A DNA stretch of 64,000 nucleotides from an uncultured beta proteobacterium (lineage in GTDB: Bacteria > Pseudomonadota > Gammaproteobacteria > Burkholderiales > SHXO01), in contig CAWHCG010000048.1 of NCBI GenBank assembly GCA_963827575.1, forward strand, positions 124,060 through 188,059, given 5' to 3'. Shown here piece by piece: positions 53,583 to 64,000 of this stretch. The translations under genes and the position numbers were made by a program. Each line of letters starts with the position of its first letter. The first letter of the stretch is position 1. Below the pieces are notes generated by a model that was not told the origin of the DNA, searched no databases, and worked only from the letters and a program-made list of their open reading frames with translations.

Positions 53583-54251
53583 GTGCAGCCCTCGGAGGTG
53601 AAGCAGGACACGCACCGCCTGCGGCGAGCGTTCCTGCTCTCATTCGCGTTCGCGGCTGTCTTGTGGTGGATCAAGATGGTCGAGGCGCTGACCCCGCTCG
53701 ACCTGGTCCGCTACGGGATCTACCCAAGACGACTCAGCGGCCTCGTGGGCATCCTTACCGCACCGTTCATTCACGGCTCCGTGGCGCACCTGGTTTCCAA
53801 TACGGCGCCGATCGTCATTCTCGGCACGGCTCTGCTCTACGGTTACCCGAAATCGGCTCGACTCGTGATCCCGGCGCTGTTCCTGGGCACGGGGTTGGGC
53901 GTGTGGCTGTTCGGCCGCGGGTCCTATCACGTGGGCGCGAGCGGGCTCGCCACCGGCATCCTGTTCTTCGTCTTCACCAGCGGCGTGCTGCGATGGGATC
54001 GGCGCGCGATCGGGCTGTCGCTGGCGGTGTTCTTTCTCTATGGCGGCATGATCTGGGGCGTGTTCCCGGGCCAGCCGGGGATCTCTTACGAGTCGCACCT
54101 GGCGGGCGCGCTGGTCGGCGTCGCGCTGGCCTTTCGGCTGCGCCGGCTGGATCCGGCGCCGCCGGCCAAACGCTACAGCTGGGAAGACGAGCCCGAGGCG
54201 GTGAGTGGGCCCGACGCGCAGGATCGCCCGCCCTCCGGCGGTGACTCCTGA
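53583..54251 (+). CDS. Rhomboid-family intramembrane serine protease
   Basis: Six TM helices; GASGLATG (Ser) and ...SHLAGALVG (His). Confidence 0.75.
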   Translation: MQPSEVKQDTHRLRRAFLLSFAFAAVLWWIKMVEALTPLDLVRYGIYPRRLSGLVGILTAPFIHGSVAHLVSNTAPIVILGTALLYGYPKSARLVIPALFLGTGLGVWLFGRGSYHVGASGLATGILFFVFTSGVLRWDRRAIGLSLAVFFLYGGMIWGVFPGQPGISYESHLAGALVGVALAFRLRRLDPAPPAKRYSWEDEPEAVSGPDAQDRPPSGGDS

Positions 54252-54290
54252 ATCAGCGCTCGATCCGGTCGACGCCCCACATCCTGGGCC

Positions 54291-55688
54291 TCACATCCTG
54301 GGGTGAGCCCGATGCCAGTCCGTTTCGCGCTGATAGGCCCGGCCGGCGCGCACCAGCACATCCTCCTCCATGTGCCGCGACACGAGCTGGAAGGCCACCG
54401 GTGTGCCCTTGGCGGTGAAGCCGCACGGCAGCGTGATGGTCGGACTTCCCGACATGCTGAACGGTGAGGTGAACCGCATGAGCGCCAGAAGCTGGGCCGG
54501 ATCCTGCCCCAGGGTAGCCATCTGCGCCATGGTCGGAGAGGCGATGAACTGTGCCGGGATGAGGAGCAGATCGATCGACTGGAACAGCGCGGCCAGTCTT
54601 CCGCTGAAGTCGCGACGCCGCAAGAGGATCTTCTGGTACCCGGTCGCGGAGACGCCGCGCGCCGAGTCGATGAACCCGGCGAGCCCCGGCCCGTACTCCG
54701 CGCGTCGCGCCGGGAACGTCGCCTCGTGCGCGACGGCGGTCTCGACCGCGCAGTTGGGAGCCCAGTCGCGCAGCACCGCGTCGATCGCGGGCATCTTGAC
54801 GCGCCGGACGTCAACCCCCATCGAGGTGAGAACGCGCAGCGCCTCGCTGAGCGTGCGCGCTACGAGCGGATCCACAGCCTCGCTGTTGTAGGACTCGTCT
54901 ACCCCGAGGCGCAGCCCGCGCAGGTCACGAGCGTCTCCGGCGAGGTAGTCGGGCACTACAGCCTGGCTCGCGGTGGGGTCGTCTGGATCGGGCCCGGCGA
55001 TGGCACCCAGTACTACGCCGGCGTCCGCGGCGCTGCGGCACATGGGCCCGAGGTGATCGAGCGAGGCCGCCAATTCGAAGGCGCCATGGCGGGACACCCG
55101 GCCCCAGGTCGGCTTGAGCCCGGTCACGCCGCACGCGGCGGACGGAAATCGGATCGATCCGCCGGTATCCGAGCCGATCGAGGCGAAGCACAGCCCCGCC
55201 GCGGTCGCCACGCCGGATCCGCTCGATGAGGCGCCCGACCAGTGCTCCGGATGCCAGGGATTGACCGGAACCGGGACCGCGGGGTGATGATCCGCGAACG
55301 CGCCCTCGGTGAGTTGCAGCTTGCCCAGGCAGATCGCTCCGGCCGCGTACAGCCGCTTGACCACCGTGCCGTCGAAAGTCGGCCGGAACTCGCGATGGAT
55401 TGGCATGCCGGCCGCGGTTACGATGCCCTGCGTGTAGCACAGGTCCTTGAGGCCGATCGGCACGCCATGCAGGGCACCCTTGTAGCGGCGCGCCACGATC
55501 TCCTGCTCAGCCCTGCGCGCCTGCTGGAGCGCAAGCTTCCGGGGTCACGGTGGCGAAGGCGTGCAGCCTGGGCTCCAGGCTCTCGACCCGCCGCAGCATC
55601 GCCTCGGTCAACTCGACCGGCGAGACCTTGCGGGTCTGCACCAGGTGAGCGACCTCGGTCAGCTCGAGATAGTGGATATCGCTCACGC

Positions 55689-55698
<10 letters not shown>
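54291..55698 (-). CDS. Amidase (amidase-signature family), one frameshift near 55520
   Basis: MAVSVSDIHYLELTEVAHLVQTRKVSPVELTEAMLRRVE then GVPIGLKDL...GASSSGSGVATAAGLCFASIGSDTGGSIRFPSA. Confidence 0.75.
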
Positions 55699-56657
<959 letters not shown>

Positions 56658-56948
56658 GGTAGTTCTCCCGGCCCGAATCCTATCATTGCCGGCGGCCGGG
56701 CGGCCCGCGCCGCAGACCCGCACACGCACCACATTGCACCCATGCGCTCGGCGGGCGCACCAAGCCTAAGCATCGCAGCCGTGCGCCCGCATTCAAGACC
56801 CGGGCATCAACTCCCTGAATCGTCGGCTGTTGCGCGGCGGCAGCGGGTCTTCCGAGCGCTGGTCCGCTTGTTGCAGATGCATCGGCAGCGTGCGTGGCGC
56901 CCCGGACGTCGTGCCGAGGGCAGATGGGGGCGTCGTGCCGAGGGGGAA

Positions 56949-57620
56949 ATGCCGACAACGCTTATCGATGCCGAGCCGGAAGCGATCTCGATCGATCCGG
57001 CTCGCACTGCAGTGCTCGTGATCGACATGCAGCGCGACTTCCTGGAGCCGGGCGGCTTCGGCGAGACGCTCGGCAACGACGTCTCGCTGCTGAGCTCGGC
57101 GATCGGTCCATGCAAGGCCCTCCTGGAGGGCGCGCAGGCGCCGCGGCATGCTGATCGTCCACACCCGCGAAGGCCACCGGCCCGATCTGTCCGATGCACC
57201 CAGGGCCAAGGTCGAGCGCGGCGCACCCAGCGTGCGCATCGGCGCGCCCGGGCCCATGGGCCGCATCCTGATCCGCGGCGAGGCCGGCCACGACATCGTG
57301 CCCGAGCTCTATCCCCATGCCGGGCGAGCCGGTGATCGACAAGCCCGGCAAGGGCGCCTTCTAGGCCACCGATCTGCACTCGATCCTGCGTCAATCGCGG
57401 CATCGAGAATCTCATCGTGTGCGGCGTGACGACCGAAGTGTGCGTTCACACCACCGTGCGCGAGGCCAACGACAGCGGCTACCGCTGCATCGTGCCCGGC
57501 GACTGCTGCGGCTCCTACTTTCCGGAGTTTCACGCTGTGGGACTGCGCATGATCAAGGCGCAGGGGGGCATTTTCGGCTGGGTCAGCGACTCGGCCCGCG
57601 TGCTGGCAGCGCTGCAGTGA
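56949..57620 (+). CDS. Isochorismatase-family cysteine hydrolase, frameshifted
   Basis: [62 protein letters not shown]. Confidence 0.7.
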
Positions 57621-57670
57621 CGCGGACCGGACGGCCGGACTCCAGCGGCGCTCATCGAAGGGAGACTGCT

Positions 57671-59261
57671 ATGACCGCAAAAACAAGGCCGGCGTCTGTT
57701 CACCGCCGGGGACTGGAACGCCTTCTTCGGCTTCGGCACCAACATCCTGGTCAATCTGCTGGTGCTCACCGCGCTGCTGCGCTACGTGGTGCAGATGCCG
57801 GACGACATCGTCTTCGGCCGCATCCTGCCGGCCGCCGGACTGATGCTGTTCATGAGCACGATGTACTACGCCTGGCTGGCGTACAAGCTGGCCGCGCAGA
57901 CCGGCCGCAACGACGTCACCGCGCTGCCCTCCGGCACCAGCGTGCCGCACATGTTCATCGTGGTATTCGTGATCATGCTGCCGATCAGCCTGAGCACGGG
58001 CGACCCGATCAAGGGCTGGGAGGCGGGGCTGACCTGGGTGTTCATCCAGAGCTTCGTGCTGATGATCGGCGGGTTCATCGCTCCCTACATCCGCAGGATC
58101 ACACCGCGCGCGGCCCTGCTCGGCGCGCTGGCGGGCGTTTCGATCGCGTTCATCTCCATGCGGCCGGCGCTGGAGATGTACATGACACCGGTGATCGGCG
58201 TGGTGTGCTTCGCGATCATCATCGCGAGCTGGTTCGGCGGCGTGCGCTACTTCAAGGGTATTCCCGCCGGCCTGGTGGCGATCGCAGCGGGGATGCTGAT
58301 CGCCTGGGGCTCCACCCTGTTCGGCCTGAATTACGGCGGCATGAGCCTGGACAAGCTGGCCGGCTCGTTCGCGAGCTTCGGCTTCTCCGTGCCGATCCCG
58401 GCGATCGGCCACGTGTTCTCCGGTTTCGAGTTCCTCGGCATCATCCTGATCACCGCCATCCCCTTCGGCATCTACGACCTGGTCGAGGCGATGGACAACG
58501 TGGAGAGCGCCGCGGCCGCCGGCGACAGCTTCCCGACCACGCGGGTGCTGACGGCCGACGGCATCTTCAGCCTGATCGGCTGCCTGATGGGCAATCCCTT
58601 CATCCTCGCCGTGTACATCGGCCACCCGGGATGGAAAGCCATCGGCGGGCGCATCGGCTACTCGGCCGCGACCGGCATCATGGTCATCCTGCTGTCGTGG
58701 TTCGGGATCATCGCGGTGATGATGTCGCTGATCCCGGTGGTGGCGATCTCTCCGATCCTGCTCTATATCGGCATGCTGATCGGCGCCCAGGCATTCCAGG
58801 AAACGCCCAAGAGTCACGCCCCGGCGATCATCCTCGCGCTCGTACCGCACGTGGCGGCCTGGGGCAAGCTGCAGATCGACAACGCGCTCGGGGCGGCGGG
58901 CACCAGTGCGGTGGCGGTGGGCCTGGACAAGCTCGGCCAGGTTGGGATTCTCTATGAAGGCTTGTCCGTGCTGGGCGGGGGCGCCATCCTGACCAGCCTC
59001 GTGCTCGGCTCGGTCGCGGTGTTCCTCATCGAGCGGCAGTTCGCCAAGGCGGCAGCGTTTGCTCTCGCCGGGGCCGTTCTGACCTTCTTCGGCTTCATGC
59101 ACGGCGAGCACATCGGCTTCGGCCAGTCGCCGAGCGTCGCGTTCAGCTACCTGATCGTCGCGGCCACGCTGCTGCTGTGCGCGAAGTACGCGGTCATGAC
59201 GCCCAAGCCGCAGGAGCGCGAAGAAGCGCACGGGGCGATGCCGGCACCGGCCAACAACTGA
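57671..59261 (+). CDS. NCS2-family purine/nucleobase permease (AzgA-like), N-terminal frameshift near 57690
   Basis: MTAKTRPA then FTAGDWNAFFGFGTNILVNLLVLTALL..., 12+ TM helices. Confidence 0.8.
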
Positions 59262-59366
59262 GCCAGCAAGCTCAGCCCGGGAACAGGCGGTCCCAGATGA
59301 CAACCGCTGCCGCATCGTCTGCACGGGCAAGCTCCAGTGGCAACGTTCGAATCCGTTGGTTCCATG

Positions 59367-60008
<642 letters not shown>

Positions 60009-60324
60009 CGGCCCCAGCATGGTCATGCGTCGACAAAGCGACGTGTTCCCCAAGCCTATTACGCTTTGCGAAAAAGGCCAAGGCCGGCGCGCAATGACCG
60101 CGGCCCCCTGGCCGGGGTTGCGCCGGCAGCCGGCCTCAGGTAGATTCCCGGCGCGTCGCGACGGCGCAGCGGTCGGGCGGGACGCTGTCGAGCTCGCAGC
60201 CCGACACACGTTGCGCCGCATGCACCCCGGAGTGCGGATTGCGCGATAGTTGTGCATGCCGGCACAGGTTGCGTCGGGCCGCCCATGGTCCTCCATCGCA
60301 CGATCAGCCTTGCCAGGAGAAGCA

Positions 60325-61734
60325 ATGTCAGCCGATGTCGCGTTTCGCAGCCTCTCTGCGCTCGCACAAGGCCTGCGGGCAGGAGAATTCTCGTCCCTCG
60401 AATTGACGCGCTGTTTTCTCGACCGGATCGGCAAGGCCGACGGCAAGCTCAACGCCTACACCGAAGTCTACGCCGAGCAAGCCCTGGCGGCGGCCGAGGC
60501 AGCGGATCGAATCCATCGGTCGGGGTGGCCGGTCGGACCGCTGCATGGCTTGCCCGTAGCGGTGAAGGACCTGTGTGATATCGAAGGCAAGCTCGGCGCA
60601 ATCGGGTCCAAAGCGTGGTCGACGCGCCGGGGCACGACAACTGCCACTGTGATCGAGCGGCTGCTTGCCGCCGGGATGATCGTGCTCGGCAAGACGCAGA
60701 TGGTGGAGTTCGCCTTCGGCGGATTCGGCACCAATCCCTTGTGCGGCACCCCGTGGAATCCCTGGGATCTCACCACGCATCGCGTTCCCGGCGGGTCGAG
60801 CAGCGGCTCCGGCGTGGCGGTGGCCGCTGGGCTTGCGCCCGCCGCGATCGGTTCCGATACCGGGGGATCGGTGCGGATTCCCGCGGCGTTCAACGGCATC
60901 GTCGGCTTGAAAACGACCTTCGGGCGCATCAGCCTGCACGGATGCTTTCCGCTGTCTACCACGCTGGACTCGGTCGGCCCGATGACGCGCACCGTGGGCG
61001 ACGCGGGCGCCCTGCTGGCGGCGCTGGCCGGGGATGACCCACGGGACCCGTCTACGCGGCGGGCCCCGGCCTTTGCGCTGCCCGACCTGCGGACCCCCGA
61101 TGTGCGGGGCCTGCGCGTGGTCATGCTTCCCGATTCGCAGCTCCCCGGGCCCGTCGATCCGGCGGTGCGCAGTGCATGCGCCGAAGCGGCCCGGGTCCTC
61201 CGCGGGCTGGGCGCAAGCGTGGAGGAGCGGACGTTTCCGTTCAGCTTCGAGGAGCTGACGGTTCGCAACGGGGAGCTGATCTGCGCCGAGGCATACGCCA
61301 TTCATCGTGCCTACATCGAGGACGAGAGCCTGGCAATCGGGCCGGCCGTGCGCACCCGGATCGTCGCGGGAAAAAAGGTCAGCGCGGCCGACTACATCGC
61401 CACCCGCGAGCACCAGCGCGGGGCGATTGCGCGCTTCGTGGACTGGATGGAGGGAATCGACGCGCTGCTCACGCCCGCGGTGGCGACACCAGCGATTCCC
61501 GTGAGTAACGTCGACGAGAAGCTCACTCCGGCCACTTTCACGCGCGCCGGCAACTACGTGGGGGCGTGCGGCCTGGCGCTACCGGCAGGCTTCTCGCCGC
61601 AGGATCTGCCCGTTGCGGTTCAGCTGCTGGGCAAGCCGTTTGCGGAAGGCACGCTGCTGCGCCTGGGGGCCGCGTTCGAGCGCGAGAGCGGGTGGACACG
61701 GCACACACCGGACTTGAAAGGCCTGGTCGAATGA
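60325..61734 (+). CDS. Amidase (amidase-signature family), intact
   Basis: GLPVAVKDL...GGSSSGSGVAVAAGLAPAAIGSDTGGSVRIPAA. Confidence 0.85.
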   Translation: MSADVAFRSLSALAQGLRAGEFSSLELTRCFLDRIGKADGKLNAYTEVYAEQALAAAEAADRIHRSGWPVGPLHGLPVAVKDLCDIEGKLGAIGSKAWSTRRGTTTATVIERLLAAGMIVLGKTQMVEFAFGGFGTNPLCGTPWNPWDLTTHRVPGGSSSGSGVAVAAGLAPAAIGSDTGGSVRIPAAFNGIVGLKTTFGRISLHGCFPLSTTLDSVGPMTRTVGDAGALLAALAGDDPRDPSTRRAPAFALPDLRTPDVRGLRVVMLPDSQLPGPVDPAVRSACAEAARVLRGLGASVEERTFPFSFEELTVRNGELICAEAYAIHRAYIEDESLAIGPAVRTRIVAGKKVSAADYIATREHQRGAIARFVDWMEGIDALLTPAVATPAIPVSNVDEKLTPATFTRAGNYVGACGLALPAGFSPQDLPVAVQLLGKPFAEGTLLRLGAAFERESGWTRHTPDLKGLVE

Positions 61735-61793
61735 TCCAGGCGGCAAACTGACCCGCGTGCCGATGAAATAGCCGGGTCCGCCCGAACCCCGCC

Positions 61794-62066
61794 TCAGCGC
61801 CGCCCCGACTTGCGCACCACGGGATTGAGCCGGTCGATGTCGGCTTGCACCTGCTCGCGACCGCGCTCATAGACGATCTCGCGGCCCATCACGCTGCCCG
61901 CGTAGGCCACCCCGGTGCGGGTCGGCGTCAACTCGCACTTCACGCTGTGCACGCCCTCACCGAGCACCACCTGGATCCGCTCCGCCCGCTTGCTCAGAAC
62001 CACCACCTCCAGGGTCTGGCCGGTCTCGGTCACGCGCACCTTGATCTTCTCGTCGTTCATGGTCAA
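61794..62066 (-). CDS. Small hypothetical protein
   Basis: 90-aa ORF, 4-nt overlap with downstream gene. Confidence 0.35.
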   Translation of the reverse strand: MTMNDEKIKVRVTETGQTLEVVVLSKRAERIQVVLGEGVHSVKCELTPTRTGVAYAGSVMGREIVYERGREQVQADIDRLNPVVRKSGRR

Positions 62067-62350
62067 CGTCCTTCAGGTTCCACGTACGAGAATCGGAGCG
62101 CGCCGCGAGCCTTCGCCCTGGCGGCCTCCTCTTCCCTGTTCTTGGGCGCTGCGCTCGTCTCGAGCGCATCGAGGAGTGTGCGCGAAGCCGCGGCGATCGT
62201 TTCGACTGCCGCCAGGAAAACCGCTTCGTTGGCTTGGGAGGGCTTGGCGAAGCCGCTGATCTTGCGGACGAACTGCAGTGAAGCCGCGCGCACCTCCGCA
62301 TCCGTGACCGGCGGGTCGAAGTTGAACAGCGTCTTGATGTTTCGGCACAT
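62063..62350 (-). CDS. DUF2277-like small protein
   Basis: MCRNIKTLFNFDPPVTDAEVRAASLQFVRK. Confidence 0.5.
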   Translation of the reverse strand: MCRNIKTLFNFDPPVTDAEVRAASLQFVRKISGFAKPSQANEAVFLAAVETIAAASRTLLDALETSAAPKNREEEAARAKARGALRFSYVEPEGR

Positions 62351-62386
62351 GACAATCCAGCTCGTATCAGGAAAGCCCAGCTCGCA

Positions 62387-63241
62387 TCACGAAAGCTTGG
62401 CGAAACGGGTGCCGAAGCGGAACACATCGTCGGCACACACGTCGATGCAGCGGCCGCAGTTGGTGCAATCGCCGCTGGTGATCACCGGCGAGGCCTTCGG
62501 GTCACCCGGCTTGAGTGCAGGAACGATGACGTGCGGCTCGGGGCACACGCGGTAGCAGTCACCGCAGTCGGTGCAGGCCTGGCGCTTCACCGCGCTCACC
62601 CGCACCAGTGAGAGCCTGCCGATGGTGCCGTAGAAGACTCCAACCGGGCAGATGTAGCTGCACCAGCCGCGCCGGCTCACGGCGAGATCGAACAGGAAGA
62701 CGGCGAGCACAACCACCCAGGCGAGCCCCATTCCGAACACCAAGCCACGCTGCAGCATGGTGATCGGGTTGACCAGCTCCCAGGCAATCGTGCCGGTCAG
62801 CAGCGACACCACCAGTGCAGTCGCGAGAATCCACAGCCGCGTGCTCTTGCGCGGCTGCCAGCTCGCATTGATGCGCAGCCGGCTGCGCATCCAGAAGGCC
62901 GCGTCGGTGACGATGTTGATCGGGCACACCCACGAGCAGTACACCCGCCCGCCGACGACGACATAGGCCGCCAGCACGGTGAGCGCGCCGATGACCGCAG
63001 TCAGCGCGACCTGGTGGCCGGCGATGAACGATTGCAGGAGCACGAGCGGATCCGTGAATCCGATCACGTCGAGGAAGGTGCTGGAGGCGAGGTTGCCCTT
63101 GAGCCACCAGATGCCAAACCAGGGACCCGCCAGGAACAACCCCAGGATCCCCAGCTGGACGCTGCGCCGGGCCAGCAACCAGCGGTTGCGCGCGAGCAGG
63201 CTGCGTTCGACGGGCGCGGTCAGCTCCGCTCGCGCATTCAT
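62387..63241 (-). CDS. napH: NapH/MauN-like membrane-bound ferredoxin (4 TM, two 4Fe-4S motifs)
   Basis: CSWVCP, CSYICP, CTDCGDCYRVCP, CTNCGRCIDVC. Confidence 0.75.
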   Translation of the reverse strand: MNARAELTAPVERSLLARNRWLLARRSVQLGILGLFLAGPWFGIWWLKGNLASSTFLDVIGFTDPLVLLQSFIAGHQVALTAVIGALTVLAAYVVVGGRVYCSWVCPINIVTDAAFWMRSRLRINASWQPRKSTRLWILATALVVSLLTGTIAWELVNPITMLQRGLVFGMGLAWVVVLAVFLFDLAVSRRGWCSYICPVGVFYGTIGRLSLVRVSAVKRQACTDCGDCYRVCPEPHVIVPALKPGDPKASPVITSGDCTNCGRCIDVCADDVFRFGTRFAKLS

Positions 63242-63891
63242 CTCGCCGCTGCGGGGTCGTGCATGGCGAGCGCCAGGGGCAATACCTTGATCGATGCCTC
63301 TTCGGTGACGCAGTCATGCTCGCACTTGCCGCAGCCGGTGCACTTGTCCGCGTGCACGGTCGGCTCGAAGTACCCGCGGCCACCGGAGAAGCGCCGCTCC
63401 ATCGTGATGGCTTCGTCCTTGATCGGGCAGGCGAGGTAACACGCCCGGCAGTTGGCTCCTCTGGCTACGGCATAGCAGGTATCGCGGCCGGTGAGCACCG
63501 CCACTCCCATCCTCGCATCGCGGATGTCGGTGAGCTCTTTGCTGAGCGCGTCGGTGGGGCAGGCTGCCGCGCAAGGGATGTCCTTGCACATCTCGCAGGC
63601 GATGTCCCGCGCGACGAAATAGGGCGTGCCGGTGGTAATGTCCTGCCCGAGCTCGGCCAGGTGGAGCATGTCGAAGGGACAGGCGCGCACGCACAATCCG
63701 CAACGCACGCACGCGGCGTTGAATTCCGCTTCGGGAAGCGCACCGGGGGGCCGCAGGGCCCACGCCGGCAGCGCCTTGGACTGCTTGCTGTAGCTGGCCA
63801 GCAGCAGCCCGACCACACCGGCAGAGCTTGCCAGGCCCACGCAGTTCTGCACGAACTTGCGCCGGCTCTGCGATTTCGCTTCATCGGCCAT
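63238..63891 (-). CDS. napG: NapG/MauM-like periplasmic ferredoxin with Tat signal
   Basis: SRRKFVQN twin-arginine; four CxxCxxCxxxCP clusters. Confidence 0.75.
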   Translation of the reverse strand: MADEAKSQSRRKFVQNCVGLASSAGVVGLLLASYSKQSKALPAWALRPPGALPEAEFNAACVRCGLCVRACPFDMLHLAELGQDITTGTPYFVARDIACEMCKDIPCAAACPTDALSKELTDIRDARMGVAVLTGRDTCYAVARGANCRACYLACPIKDEAITMERRFSGGRGYFEPTVHADKCTGCGKCEHDCVTEEASIKVLPLALAMHDPAAAR

Positions 63892-64000
63892 GCCGCCCTC
63901 CTCGACCGGGTCCTGTCACGCCACCATCGGCCGATAGTCTACTCCTCGCGGCGCCTCGGCTGCGGCCGGCGATCTGCGGGACACCGGCGGGGCTGCTCCG

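Noticed and set aside
62387-63891. Calling a complete periplasmic nitrate reductase (nap) operon
   Set aside because: Only the NapG/NapH-like ferredoxin pair is in the window. Catalytic napA/napB would lie beyond 64000. MauM/MauN-type homologs cannot be excluded.

Overview
High-GC proteobacterial chromosome segment (beta/gamma-like: sigma32-type groESL promoter, PEP-CTERM protein, Liv/Pca/Nap genes), dense with genes on both strands. Three blocks stand out. (1) 1-10.9 kb: a Liv-type branched-chain amino-acid ABC transporter followed by an aromatic-catabolic cluster in hydroquinone/maleylacetate-to-3-oxoadipate order: a small ~180-aa protein plus a ~330-aa protein of unrecognised family, an aldehyde dehydrogenase, PcaIJ CoA-transferase, maleylacetate reductase and a divergent PcaR-like IclR regulator. 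(2) 26.9-33.5 kb: an accessory island containing a tRNA gene array of 12 tRNA or tRNA-like genes. Several are non-canonical: a class-II-shaped tRNA with a Cys GCA anticodon and U73, a Phe-like tRNA with a covariant T-loop, and a double-anticodon-arm chimera. The array has an embedded HNH endonuclease and is flanked by Phd/PIN toxin-antitoxin pairs and an SPFH protein. (3) 37-41 kb: IS91/ISL3 remnants bounded by inverted repeats, a MITE-like element, and an AT-richer secreted-protein gene whose 3' end is tandemly duplicated. Other content: groESL with a sigma32 promoter; a large double-zinc-ribbon/adenylate-cyclase/STAND/TPR protein next to a peroxiredoxin and a signal-peptide-less S8 protease with tandem P-domains; MaeB; a DEAD-box helicase; three amidase paralogs with CorA, an isochorismatase and an NCS2 permease; KdgK/Eda; an OmpA lipoprotein with a long Gly/Ala linker; and NapGH-like ferredoxins. 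Recurrent GGGAGGGG-type palindromic (REP-like) repeats and short heptamer/octamer tandem repeats occupy intergenic regions. Important caveat: roughly 20 otherwise well-conserved genes (livG, livK-like, mar, pcaJ, ALDH, pcaR, maeB, corA, eda, kdgK, amidases and others) carry single-base frameshifts. At least two fall in homopolymer runs, which points to indel-prone sequencing or assembly rather than pseudogenisation. Coordinates of frameshifted genes are approximate envelopes.
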